The notes beneath the pieces are model-generated. The model searched no databases. It was given only the letters and a program-made list of their open reading frames with translations, and was not told the DNA's origin. 64,000 nt of DNA, from assembly GCA_051362555.1 (NCBI GenBank), contig CM120642.1:26288001-26352000 (forward strand), read 5' to 3'. The translations under genes were made by a program, and so were the position numbers. Each line of letters opens with the position of its first letter. The stretch's first letter is position 1. Origin of the DNA: Lingula anatina. Its lineage: Eukaryota; Animalia; Brachiopoda. Shown in pieces: positions 25,495 to 37,789 of the stretch.

Positions 25495-28400
25495 GGGTCC
25501 TACGAAAATACGAAAACTGCGAAAACCGCGAAAACCAGAAGTTGCTAGGCGAAAACCTCACTATAACTTACCAATTCTCGATGTTCTTGACAAGTTGCTG
25601 TAATATTTGGATAACTTGGACCATATTACATACATCATGACCTTTGATAACGATGTTGTAATGAATTGAGTATGTTACAGCTGAGTTTTCTAGATCGGCA
25701 ACTATAGTGCGTGGGAGCCATGTTTGGTTTACAATTGGCATATATAAACAGCAGTGTCCCCTCAGGCCAGTATTGCCATATCAGGCCAGTATTGCCCTCT
25801 CAGGTTAGTAATGCTTTTCCAGGCAAGTAATACTCTCTCAAGTACTATATGAAGTGGATAACACAGATTACCTGCATTCTTAGTAATGCAAAGTTTATTA
25901 ATAAATAGGATTTAATAAATATGCACAAAGTAGAACTTTTTTTTTTCATTCCAACCAGAAGTGAAACTACACATCAATGCTTGTAAAAAGTGCCCATTTT
26001 AATACACCACACATGTAGAGTCTATATTGTATGAGCTTTGAACCTGCATAGAATTTACACTCCTACTTTTCCAAATATAAAATGAGTAGCATTGTGTAAT
26101 AAAGTGACCAGCATAGAGCAATTTATAAAGCATTATGAAAATGTAGGTTCTAATTAACATAATTGATAATATTCAATATATATAATAATGGTGAATACAA
26201 TTAGATTATTTTTATTAAAACATTTTTTCCTCTGAACTTGATCCATGGCCACTGATTTTGTTATTTAATCACATTTTATCTTACTCTTTTTGAAAAGATA
26301 TTCATGCACAGCCATTTGTTACACTAATTGTTTTCCACTTAATAAACCAAATCCATTTCTAAAGCATCAATTAATTTATACAATGTAGATTGTATATATG
26401 TGTATCCTAAGGTGTCTAATACACATTTTACCTTCAAATCAATGTGTTTAATTGTTTTTACATTTGGGTTCTGTGTATGTGCCAGTATACAGAGATAAGC
26501 TCTTTTAACTCTGAAAAAATGTCAATAGTCAGTTAATCATGCATATATATTATACGCACAATAATAGAGAAAAAAAGGAAAAAGGAACACACATTAAACA
26601 CATGTACTGGTACTCTGATTTGCAGGAGGCATTTTCTCTTGAAAGGAGATATAACAGATTACAACTGAATGATGTTATGTGATTGACATAATAAATAGGT
26701 TACTCCTAGAGTTTTAGGCAGTGCACATCTAATTTCCTAATTGATATGATATGATTATCTTTCAATTCCATATCTATTTCATCATTTCTGTGTCTATGCT
26801 GTGTTTTAACACTTCAACTTTTTGTATGGTAAGTTTTTATCAGTTTGAAGCACTCTGCATGTGTTTTGTTGAAGATTGCCAAAAAGCAAATGAAGTTATG
26901 TATATCAAGATAGTCCATAACATGTTAACACCTTGGTATTTTCCACTATTTGCTGATTATTGGCATGCTGTAATATCAAGGGACTGTTGACAGTTCTTAT
27001 TTGCCAGGAAGTTGATCAATAGTAAATAATAGTGTGTGCTTGTATATTTCATTTGCCATATATTTTAAAGCATGTAATATACCAAACAGAGTCCTTGGGC
27101 TTGCATTCTGCTTGGTATAATAAAAGGAATATGAAATAAAAAGTGTTAGTTTTCTTGTAAAGAATATTATTACCTCTGCCAAGGAGGCTATGTTTTATCA
27201 CCCCTGTTTGTTTGTTTGTTTGTTTGTCATCATCATAACTAAAAAGTTATGGATAAATTTCGATGGCATTTTCAGGGTAGGTCAGAAATGGGTTAACTTA
27301 GAAGTGATTAGTTTTTGGTGGCGAACTGGATCAATAATCAATCAATAATAAAAAACTAAATCATTATAGAATGAAAATTTAGGAGTGAAATGGCATTGGA
27401 TGGACACTCTGCTGCCTTAGTGGAGGTCTGCGGTCTCTTAGTGCTTTTCTAGTTGCCATTATTAATAAACTATTGTGTACACTTTGTACTTTAAAAGTAT
27501 TATAAGTTCTCAACCAATGCATTTCTCAATGGTGTATAATATATTGGGAGAGGAAGGTAACAATTTTGAAACAGATCATTAGTCCACTATTCTGAATGTG
27601 GCCTATATTTGTAAAATTGTCAGCTCTCTACCGTATTAATTCTCCTCTAAAACTTTATTCCTTTAAATATCTGGCCAAATAAGAATTATGCTTTGGCAAT
27701 AGCATATAGCTCCAATATGATTTGAACTACTTTTGAAAGGGGACATTATTCTAGGTCAAAAACAAATGTTGCTTTAGTTCTAAATGCTTTAGCCATCATA
27801 AATGGGTTTAAACCCGATAAAACTATAATCAGAATACATGTACTTAGACAAATTATTATGAATCTACATATTTAAGGTCATAGATTGTGTTGCGCTTTAC
27901 AGAGCACCCATACTTATTCATATGTAACATGTTCTAAGGCCAAAATAAAAAACTTCAGACAAATGCATTGAACGATTTAGATGTGTTTATTCTCAGAACT
28001 TGCTAGTCCGAAATGCATACCACATACACAGCACAAATTGTGTTTTCTTAAAAGAATTTTTGTATCTTTCTGATTACCATTGGGATTTACTACGTACTGA
28101 ATTCATGTCATTGTTTAGATGTTATGATTGAATCAGTCCAATAAGTATTGTGGTTAGGAGGGTTAAGTTGACAATGGCTAACTGTTATCCGCAGGTGTAA
28201 AAGAAATGACTGAATTGCATATATTAAATTTGGTGTGGTAAAATGGTTCAAATTTTGTGAAGACCTGGGATTTCTTTCACACAAACAAGTTAACAAGCTA
28301 ACAAACAGAAAAGTATATTTTGAGACACACATTATAAATACTTATTTCATCGAGTTAAAGATGCATCTAAAAATGCATATTCATCATATATTCTAATATC

Positions 28401-30279
28401 ATGCAACAGCCAGAAGGCCAAGCACACATTAGGGTAGAATTCTTAAAGGAAAAAAAACATACAGTCTGTGTATTCTGGAAATTCAACACCTATGGAATTT
28501 TAAATTAACTGATGGTCATTATGATTGCATACTTTTCACAAACAAATGCACCCTTGGATTCTAATTAAAATCAATTTATTAGATTCTGTTAAGTTTAAGT
28601 GCTCTCTGACCTTATTTTTTAATGAATTAACACAATCTATATACATCCATTTGAAAGAAACAGAAAATTGAAAAATTAAGTGATATACAACATAATCCCC
28701 ATCAATTTTTATTTATCTACTTTAAGTAATACTGTTTATTGTAACTACTCTCTGACTTTTTTTAACAAATTAACACAATATTAAGTATATACATCCATTT
28801 GAAAGAAACAAAATCAAAAAATGAAGTGATAAACAACATAATAACCATCGATTTTTATTTATCTCCTCTAGGAGGGTTTCATGCATTTTGATGCAATAAT
28901 ACATAATCCTTAACAGCATTACCACCAACAATTTTATGCATAACTAATAAATAGGTTTCATGCCCATATTGAAAATGCAAAAAAAAAAAAAAAGGGAATG
29001 AAATTCCACCCTAAACTGCATAACTTTCAGACAAAAAAATAATAAATAAATAAATAAATAATAATGAGGTACAAGATAGAAAATATCAATGCTGATACAA
29101 TAATACATTTTGATCGACAGCAGAGTCAGCAACAAATATCACATGGCTTCAGGCCCATTAATTCAAATTCTCAGCTCTGTTTGAAAATGACAAAATGTAT
29201 AAAAAATTCACCAAGAAATTGCAAAAATTCATGGAAAATAAGTAGCAGTGAACTTAAATTTGCTGACACTGACAGCTAGATGGACTTAATTAGTGACAGC
29301 TAAGACTGCAGCTGTAACTAGTTAAGTCTTGATCATTTCTTGATCATTATTGATTTAGCACTTACCTGAGGGCACAGAGCCACAGAAGCATACCATTAAT
29401 GACAACCAGATCCTAATGAGTGTAATGTCAAATGAACCTACAAGTTCTTTGATAAAACTGTTATTAATATAAAATATACTACAATCCATGCATTAAAAAT
29501 AAAAAGCAAGCAAGTCCACGGGTCAGTATTAACAATGCACTGTAGTTGTCTCAGAATAAGACTTTAGTCCCTTTTCTTAAAAAATAAATTGCCAGTGCAC
29601 AAATTGACTAAATATGTATAGATAACTGTTTTGGTAAAATGGAATTTGGTATGTAGAGAGCCTTTATTTTAACATGATTTAAACAAACAAAAACAACTTT
29701 TTTATGATGAAAAACATTTAATGATTCAATATTTCTTTTATAAAGTTTAATGCAAATACAAAGTTCTTACAACTTCATGTACAGTTAGAAGTAATTTTTC
29801 TCATGCACAAATAACACATTTACAAATAAAGCATTAATTAACTTAAAGTTGGCACAATGTTGTAAATGTTACTTGATAAATGTTTGTTAGTTTCTTATAT
29901 GTATGTATTAAGTAAGCAGAAAATATTGTGCTGTTATCCACATTCATATGCCTGAGAAAGCATTACTGGCATGAGAGGGCAATACTGGCCTGATATGGCA
30001 ATACTGGCCTGAGGGGACACTGCTGTTTATATATGCCAATTGTAAACCAAACATGGCTCCCACGCACTATAGTTGCCGATCTAGAAAACTCAGCTGTAAC
30101 ATACTCAATTCATTACAACATCGTTATCAAAGGTCATGATGTATGTAATATGGTCCAAGTTATCCAAATATTACAGCAATTTGTCGAGAACATCGAGAAT
30201 TGGTAAGTTATAGTGAGGTTTTCGCCTAGCAACTTCTGGTTTTCGCGGTTTTCGCGGTTTTCGTATTTTCGTAGGACCG
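25495..30279. mobile_element. Non-autonomous Mutator-like (MULE) element with long TIRs
   Basis: Near-perfect inverted repeats of ~330 bp (25495-~25825 vs ~29950-30279, starting GGTCCTACGAAAATACGAAAA). 9-bp TSD GCCTAACTA (25486-25494, 30280-30288). Empty site visible in ISL2EU copy 1 at ~11714. No transposase ORF. Confidence 0.85.
27166..27454 (+). mobile_element. Short Helentron-associated (HINE/DINE-1-like) element nested in the MULE
   Basis: 5' TTATTACCTCTGCCAAGG, (GTTT)n tract, 3' inverted copy CCTTAGTGGAGGT, then a short hairpin and a CTAGTT terminus: typical HINE architecture. Confidence 0.7.
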
Positions 30280-31170
30280 GCCTAACTACTGTGCCTGGGT
30301 CAAGTCGTAACTGTCCCTTTAACATGGAAGGTGTGTTGACATGGGCAACCCTTCACTTCAAACGAAGCCCTGAATCCTCAAGAAAGTTATGCCCACCTTT
30401 CCGACTTTGACATTCAGGTAAACAACAATACTGAGGCATGTTTATTAAGGCCAGTACCACAGTCCAACGTATACAATATCCAACATGGCGACTGTGGAAG
30501 GACTGAATTCACACTAGCGACACCTGGCGCCAAGCGGGCTGGTATTCCTCATTCCCTAGTTTCTCTCAGAGAAAAAATGATGGTTAGAGAAGAAATTGAA
30601 AAAAAGATGCATACAAAGTCAATTTTTTGTCACAAAAACCGACGAAGTGCCAGCATATAGACTCAAGTTGTATAGCTAAGAGAATTACCAAAAGGAATTG
30701 TTCAATTTTACCCGGAAATGATGTTTGGGCGGATTTTACTGCTAGCATTCAATGGCACAGAAAAGTAGGTCACAAAAGTAGGTTAAATTTCCGACCAAAA
30801 ATTTAAAGACGGGAGCAGTCTAAGCTCTTTTATGGCTGATTGATTGATCTATTCAGTTTATTCTTTGGCATGTTGAATTTATTTGAGTCGTATAAGAAAC
30901 TAGTAGAAGTGGTTTACACATGTGTTACAGGGAATCCACCAATTGCACCTTTAAGAATAAACAGGACTGCGGCTTTACAGAAGTTATTTGTGCACTATCG
31001 GAAGCAACTGGATTCCCACAACAGTGCAAACTTAGGCGATTTTTATCATTTTTACAGTTAATTGACTTTTATTGTCACACCCAAACGAGTAAGTAAACAA
31101 GTAAGTTGATTGATATGAGAACTGTAAAATCAAGTATATCTCATTTATAAGATCTAACTTATATAACCTG

Positions 31171-31265
31171 TAGCACGAAAATTCTTGCGTTAGCACTGTA
31201 ACGTAACGCAGACAGTACATATCAGAATCGTCAATAGGAGTGCTTACGCATGAATTTTCGTGCTA
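31171..31265. mobile_element. Small palindromic MITE-like hairpin
   Basis: TAGCACGAAAATTCTTGCGTTAGCACT ... AGTGCTTACGCATGAATTTTCGTGCTA form 27-bp inverted arms. Confidence 0.55.
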
Positions 31266-31542
31266 ATATAACCTGATGTTCATGCACGATTATCACAACG
31301 GCGAGTGAGGGAAGCCCTTCGCTTTTGTCACATACTTGGTAAAAACTTAATTATCCCTCACGCGTGAAATGTCTCGACGTGCTGTCGGTTTACTCATTCG
31401 TCTCAGAAGTAGCGTTGTACTAAACTAAAGACTACATAAGTCAGGTTCGGGGGAGTGCATCTGCCTTCTTTTTTAGATTGTTAGGTGTTTTTCTGATTCT
31501 TATGGCTTCCTTTATCCCTCTTACTCTGCTCTCTCCCCAGTC

Positions 31543-31543
<1 letters not shown>

Positions 31544-31597
<54 letters not shown>
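31544..31597. repeat. Poly(T) tract; others at ~17359-17392 (A), ~17968-17997 (T) and ~43787-43829 (T)
   Basis: Directly visible. Confidence 0.9.
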
Positions 31598-31598
<1 letters not shown>

Positions 31599-32205
31599 TA
31601 GAATCTGATCACTCTCCCAGTCCATAATGTAGTTTTCCAGAGTTGCTTGGTCTGTGCTGGCAAAATGTGTGAGAAAAGAGCCATTGATCTCTTTCATCTA
31701 CCGATCGAGTCTCCCAAAATTGTGCAATACTGTGCAACAAAGTGCAATACACTCTAAAAAGAGTCCAGTCACAAGTAAACAAGGGAAACTGTCATTCCAA
31801 ACAAAATAGGCTGATATAAGAGCGAAATACATTACTAAATAATTAATAACCTTGATAAAACTTATTAAATTGGCACATTTTGTTTATTGTTGGGTCATGC
31901 AGTCACCATGTTGGCTAGTGACTCTTCTTGGTCGATAATATTGTAAAGAAGAGACGGGCTGCCGACCCGACAATGTTAGAAGTAGCGCCAATGTGTTAGT
32001 TATATCAATGATATTAATAATCAAGTCACATATTTTAGTTTTATATCATCTGATTTTGTTGAGAATTTTTGGGTGCAAACGATCAATTAGCATCTGATTC
32101 AGTATTATTCACTTGATAAATAATCATAATTCCCTAAAATTTTGTTCAAACTATTCCTTCATTTTATTTTCATTAGTCCCCTAAAAGGAAGTGCTAAGCA
32201 AGAAA

Positions 32206-32345
32206 ATGGGCATAAGAAAAAAAAGGTGTAAGCGGAGTGGCAAAGGATTGGTGGATATAGGTATTCAAATATATAGATGGAATGTAGTGCGGGGAAAGCT
32301 ACAAATAATGCGACATCCTGAAGTGGCTAAAATTCTGTTGGATAC
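32206..32345 (+). pseudogene. Decayed first N-terminal-domain exon of zinc-finger gene 3
   Basis: Encodes MGIRKKRCKRSGKGLVDIGIQIYRWNVVRGKLQIMRHPEVAKILLDT, but the donor GTGAGT has become ATGAGT and read-through hits TGA at once. Confidence 0.65.
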
Positions 32346-32607
32346 ATGAGTACTAGTATGGATACTTTCCTATATAATGCATGGCCTACAGACTCTTTTG
32401 TTTTATTGATGTAGTGTAATCCTAAAATTTTCCCTTAGCGATTAATCAGCCTTTTCTGATATCAAGTTTCTTATTATACATGTACATGATTATTACTCAA
32501 TAATCATGTACATGTACATGATTATTACTCAATAAATACTATGTTTGCTTGGAACTATACTATGCTGGACAGGACATTGTTCATACTTCAGAGGCTTACC
32601 CCTCCTA

Positions 32608-32845
32608 CCCTCTACCAGGGCAAGTGATAGATTTTTTTACAGATATTCACAGATATGTCTCTAGCTAGATAGATAGTCATTTAGAGTTCAGCTTAAACTG
32701 AAATCCTGCACTGGAAGGAAGCGTTGATATCAGGGGAGGGGTATACCGGCCCTCTACCAGTTCAGCTCTAAATGACTATCTATCTAGCTAGAGACATATC
32801 TGTGAATATCTGTAAAAAAAATCTATCACTCGCCCTGGTAGAGGG
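32608..32845. mobile_element. TA-flanked MITE (TIR CCCTCTACCAGGG...) with ~80-bp arms
   Basis: Long inverted arms, TA on both sides, absent from paralogous introns (e.g. ~35470). An isolated end of the same family lies at ~17255-17309. Confidence 0.75.
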
Positions 32846-33424
32846 TATACCCCTCCCTTGATATCAACGCTTCCTTCCAGTGCAGGATTTCAGTATGATG
32901 GCAGAGTTGTCATGCTAATACATTTTTGTTTGTTTAATAATAAACATATTGAAATGTTAGGTATATGTTAGGTTCTGTTACAGTATTATTATTTTCTGAA
33001 AGTAATATACATACTACTTATGATGAGGCACATTGCATTTTGATTAGGTACTTTATATCTACTGGTCTCAGTTCCAACCTGGATCATGCTGCTGATGAAG
33101 AAATCGGTGACACCAGTGGGCAGAGTAAGTCAAGACAGGACACTCCTCATGATCCATGCTGGCATTTACATATGTGATAATAGAGTCATTGATCTCTATC
33201 ATCTACCAGACTGATGGAACTTTTCAAGATAATATTAAGCTACATGTACGTAAAATAATGTATGAATTTTAAATGAAAAGGAAGGTATATACAGAAAGTT
33301 GTGGATGCAAACGATCTGTTAGCATCAGTATTATTCTCACTTGATGATTAATCATTATTCCCTAAAATTTTGTTCAAACAATTCTTTCATTTCTTTTTCA
33401 TTAGTCCCCAAAAAGGAAGTGAAA

Positions 33425-36400
33425 ATGGACAGAAAGAAAATAAGACCAAGATTTAAACAGAATTACAATGGATTGGTTGACATTGGTATTCAAATAGATA
33501 GATGGAAAATAGTGCGGGAAAAGCTACAAATGGTACGACATCCTGAAGTGGCCAAACTGCTGATAGATACGTGAGTATCCATACATTCCTATATAATATG
33601 GTCTACATACCCTTTTCTTTTACTGATGTAGTGTTATCCTTATATTTTTTCCCTTAGCGATTAATCAGCCTATCCTGATAACAAGCAAAACAAAACTTCA
33701 ATTTTTTTATACATGTACAAGATTGTTACTCAATAAATCCCATGTTTGCTTGGACCCATACTATGCTAGATAGGATACTGTTCATACTTCAGAGGCTTAC
33801 CCCCTCCCTACCCTCTACTAGGGCCGCAGTTATTATTGTGGACATATTTGCTGAGGGGACCCTGTCACGTTTGGCCAGATGGGAGCAATTAAATCTGAAC
33901 GCGCCCAGATGCCATTGTGCCTGATCTGCATGAGCTCAGTGAGAGCTGGGCTTTGCGCCAATGTAAATAACACCCCATTTCCATAGATTTTTAGATCGAT
34001 CTGTCCCTGTGGGGAGTCTCACTAGATTACTGTCAGCTTGGCCGGCTTAAGCGTCTGTCCCGCCTACTAAAAGCTGTAAGGGGGTAATTAACTATGGTGC
34101 CCGCTCGGCTGACTGCAATTTAGCGTGAACCCCCAGGGAGTTAGGTCGGTCTAAATCTTAATCTTTAGATCGATCTAAATCTCTGGGAAAGCACCCTAAC
34201 ACTTATTACACAACTTGCCTTGTCTTGTCTGTCTGCTAAGGGGCTTTTTTATTGTCACAGATGAGCAATTAACTGTCTTGATAACTGTCAAGGGGACTTG
34301 GCAGGGACTTGCTAAGTGACAGTGCCTGAGTAGTTATAGAAACAATTACAAGCCATGTAATTATCCTTGAGATTTCAGAAGAGGGTCACAGTGCAGAGCT
34401 AGGTTAGCCATCTATTTAACCAGAGACATATCTGTTAATATATATATATATATATAGTGAAAAATCAATCTGTGGCCCTGGTAGAGGGTACATGTACCTC
34501 TTCCCCTGATACCAACGCTTCCTTCCAGTGCAGGTTTTCAGTATGATGCCAGAGTTGTCATGCTAATACAGTTTTATTTTGTTTAAGAGTAAACATATTG
34601 AAATGTTAGGTAAATGTTAGGTACTGTATTATCATTCTCTGAAAGTAATATATATATATTTTTTACGAAAGGTTTACATTATGTTTTTTAATATTAAAAT
34701 GTTGCATTTTGATTAGGTACTTCAAATCTACTGGTCTCAGTTCCGACCTGGATGATTCTTCTGATGAAGAAATCGGTGACACCAGTGGGCAGAGTAAGTC
34801 AAGACGGGACACTCCTCGTGGTCCATGCTGGCATTTACGTATGTGATAATAGAGTCATTGATCTCAGTCATCTACCAGACTGATGGAACTTATTAAGATA
34901 ATATTATACTAGGTTAACTCATGTTTGAATTTTATATGAAAAAGAAGATATACAGAACCAATTGATTAATAATCATTATTCCCAGAAAATTTGTTTGAAC
35001 AATTCATTCATTTTATTTTCATTAGCCCACCAAAAGGAAGTGGTAAGCAAGAAAATGAGCAAAAGGAAAATAAGATATAAGCAGAGTGGCAGTGGACTGG
35101 TTGATATTGGTATTCAAATAGATAGATGGAATGTAGTGCGGGAAAAACTACAAATTATGCAACATCCTGAAGTGGCTAAACTGCTGTTAGATACGTGAGT
35201 ATAGATATTTCGTATATAATGTATAGTCTTCAGACCCTCTTATTTTATTGATGTACTGTTATCGATATGTTATCTAATAGTATATGGATATATATCTTTC
35301 CCTATTTTGGTAATTTCTAGCAATTAATCAGCCTATCGATCCTTATAACAAGCAAAACATAACATCAGTTTTTTTTGTTATACATGTACAAGATTATTAC
35401 TCAATAAATCTCACGTTTGCTATGACCCATACTATGTTGGACAGGATACTGTTCATACTTCAGAGGCTTACCCCTCCCCTGATATCAACACTTCCTTCCA
35501 GTGCAGGATTTCAGTATGGTGTCAGAGTTCTTGTGCTAATACATTTTTGTTAAAGAGTAAACATATTGAAATGTTACTGTATTGTTATTTTCTGAAAGTG
35601 TTTTATATACTACTAAAGGTTTACATTTTGTCTTAATATTGTTTTTTTGATTAGGTACTTCAAATCTACTGGTCTCAGTTCAGACCTGGATGATTCTTCC
35701 GCTGATGAAATTGGTGACACCAGTGGGCAGTGCGAGTCAAGACAGGATAATCCTCATAGTCAAGAAGCTGAAGGCAGTGTTCCAGTATCACTTGAAACAG
35801 ATAATGATATTCCGGATCAAATATTGAATTTCAAAATAGATTCGGCTTCTGTTGACACGTTTACAGGTGAAAATATGTGTGAAAAGACTGATGCTATAGT
35901 TGTCAGCCAGAGCAAAGAAATTGTAAAAGAACCTCAGAATCTTGAGGTTCATCAGAATGACATAAGTGAGGAAGTAAGTAATGACCCAGAAAAAGACACT
36001 GGTTTTAAAGATCAAAACGATGGATATCTTGAAGCAGATGATGAAGATTTCAAGTCCAGAGGTGAGGAAAGTGATGATCTTTATGAACCAAGTGATGAAG
36101 ATCTTGAAACAGATGATGATAGTAGTGAGGGGAGCGATGATGCTTATGAACCGGGAGATGAAGGATATGTACAAAACAAAAGAAAATGCCAAAAATGTCG
36201 CAAATTTATCCCAAAGGCATCATTTAAGAAGCATCAAGAAGTGCATGAGAAGAAACAGAACATGGAATGCATATACTGTGGTAGTTGTTTTGAAAATGTG
36301 GAGGAATTTAATGCACATGTGCATGAAACAAAACCTGTCCATGAATGTCAGTTCTGTGGAAATTTCTTTGAACTCTACAGGGAATTCAGTAAACATGTCA

Positions 36401-37053
36401 AAGGGTGCCAAAAAACCAGAGAAAATGGGACAGAAAAGAAGACATATGTTTGCCATTTGTGTGGTAAAAGTTATCCTTCTGCAAATTCGCTCAAGAAACA
36501 CGAGAAATGTCACATAGCTGGATCATATTTTTGTCAGTACTGCCTAAAAGAATTTGAGTTTAAATGTGCTGCTAAAGCTCATGAAAAAACACATGCAGAG
36601 GCAAATATATACATTTGCAAACATTGCGGAAAAGTTTGTGCCAATAAAAGAAGTTGTAGAGCACATGAAAAGACACACTCTGCACAGGCAGCCAAGAAAA
36701 CACAAAACAAAATGAGTTTTTTATGCCAAATTTGTGGCAAGAGTTTACAACGAAAAGATAGTATGAAGATGCATATTAGACAACACACTGGTGAAAGGCC
36801 TTACCAATGCCAGATTTGCTTTAAGTCCTATGTTGATAATGTCCATCTCAAACGGCATATGTTAATTCACCAAAGCCAGCATCTGTTCAAATGCAATTTC
36901 TGTGAGAAGTGTTTTCCACGAAAAGATGCCTATGTTAGTCATATGAGAGTGCACACAGGGGAGAAACCTTACAAATGTAGCTACTGCCCTGAAGCCTTTT
37001 CTCACAATGTCAGTCGTAAGGCACATGAAAAAGTTCACAGCGAAAGAAAATGA
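33425..37053 (+). CDS. C2H2 zinc-finger gene 3; exons 33405(ATG 33425)-33570, 34717-34793, 35026-35194, 35655-37053; upstream mini-exon 33048-33124
   Basis: Paralog of genes 1 and 2. GT-AG boundaries and phases give a 1791-nt open frame from ATG 33425. Confidence 0.85.
33811..34488. mobile_element. TA-flanked MITE of the CCCTCTAC(C/T)AGGG family, 678 bp
   Basis: TIRs CCCTCTACTAGGGCC / GGCCCTGGTAGAGGG, TA on both sides, absent from paralogous introns of other units. Confidence 0.7.
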
Positions 37054-37161
37054 ACATTAAATTTGTTTTTAGCTCAACCTTTTAATAATCTCTTAATTAT
37101 AATTTGTTTTGTATTTTCTATTAAATAAAATGGAATAAAAAAAATAGAGGTTGTTAAAGCA

Positions 37162-37770
37162 ATAATAACTCTTCCTTTGAGATTCAAAAATCCGCATGAA
37201 ATACATTGTAAACAACGCATGGAAATATATTCTATTGTATTTTACCACTAAAACGGCCGTTATTGTAGGAAAACTAAAATCTGTGCTTGTCAATAGGGCT
37301 TTCGATCCCTTTTTTCCGGTCGACAAGTGCATTCGTTGCTAATGACGTAATGGTGTCACGCGGATTCTCGCGTTCATTCGAGACCAAAATAACATGGCGG
37401 GAAACCCTCAGACGTAAGTTGCGAGTTATTGTACAGTGCGTCGGATAACGAAAAGCCCAGAATGGCACACATTGTGGATATAAATGCATTTTTAACAAAA
37501 AGACGAATATATCTCATGAATCTTATATAGTGTTGTTGTTGTCTGCTTTTCCCGCAGTTTTAAGTAGGTCACCAGTGACTTTGCAATGTCAGAGAGAGCT
37601 CCGTCAGTTAAAATCTCTTAAGAGATTTTAACAAAAAACCGTACGTTTAGGAAAAAAACCCTGGATTAACTTTGAATGCAGGAATGGGGTCGTTGGCCAT
37701 TGGTAAGTACGGGAAAATTGCCGTTTTTTCCAGGAAAATCCAATTTTTGGCCAAAACGAAGAGTTATTAT
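37162..37770. mobile_element. TIR-bounded non-autonomous element with a CpG-rich core, 3' of gene 3
   Basis: ATAATAACTCTTCCTTTG / CAAAACGAAGAGTTATTAT inverted ends; absent from the paralogous 3' region of gene 4 (~47110). Confidence 0.55.
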
Positions 37771-37789
37771 GACTTTAACTTTTCACCTT

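Larger units (their letters stand above)
23169..30550. mobile_element. ISL2EU-type element, copy 2, interrupted by a 4.8-kb Mutator-like element
   Basis: Colinear with 9286-11984: SAP remnant ~23273, YqaJ remnant ~24230-24468, THAP ATG at 30439 on the minus strand. AT TSD; flanks differ from copy 1. Confidence 0.85.
23041..30557. mobile_element. ~135-bp MITE (TIR AGGGAATT(G/A)TATAC) whose right TIR is split by the ISL2EU insertion
   Basis: AGGGAATTGTATAC at 23041. GTATATAAT (23160-23168) plus TCCCT (30553-30557) rebuilds the inverted repeat once the ISL2EU element is removed. Confidence 0.55.
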
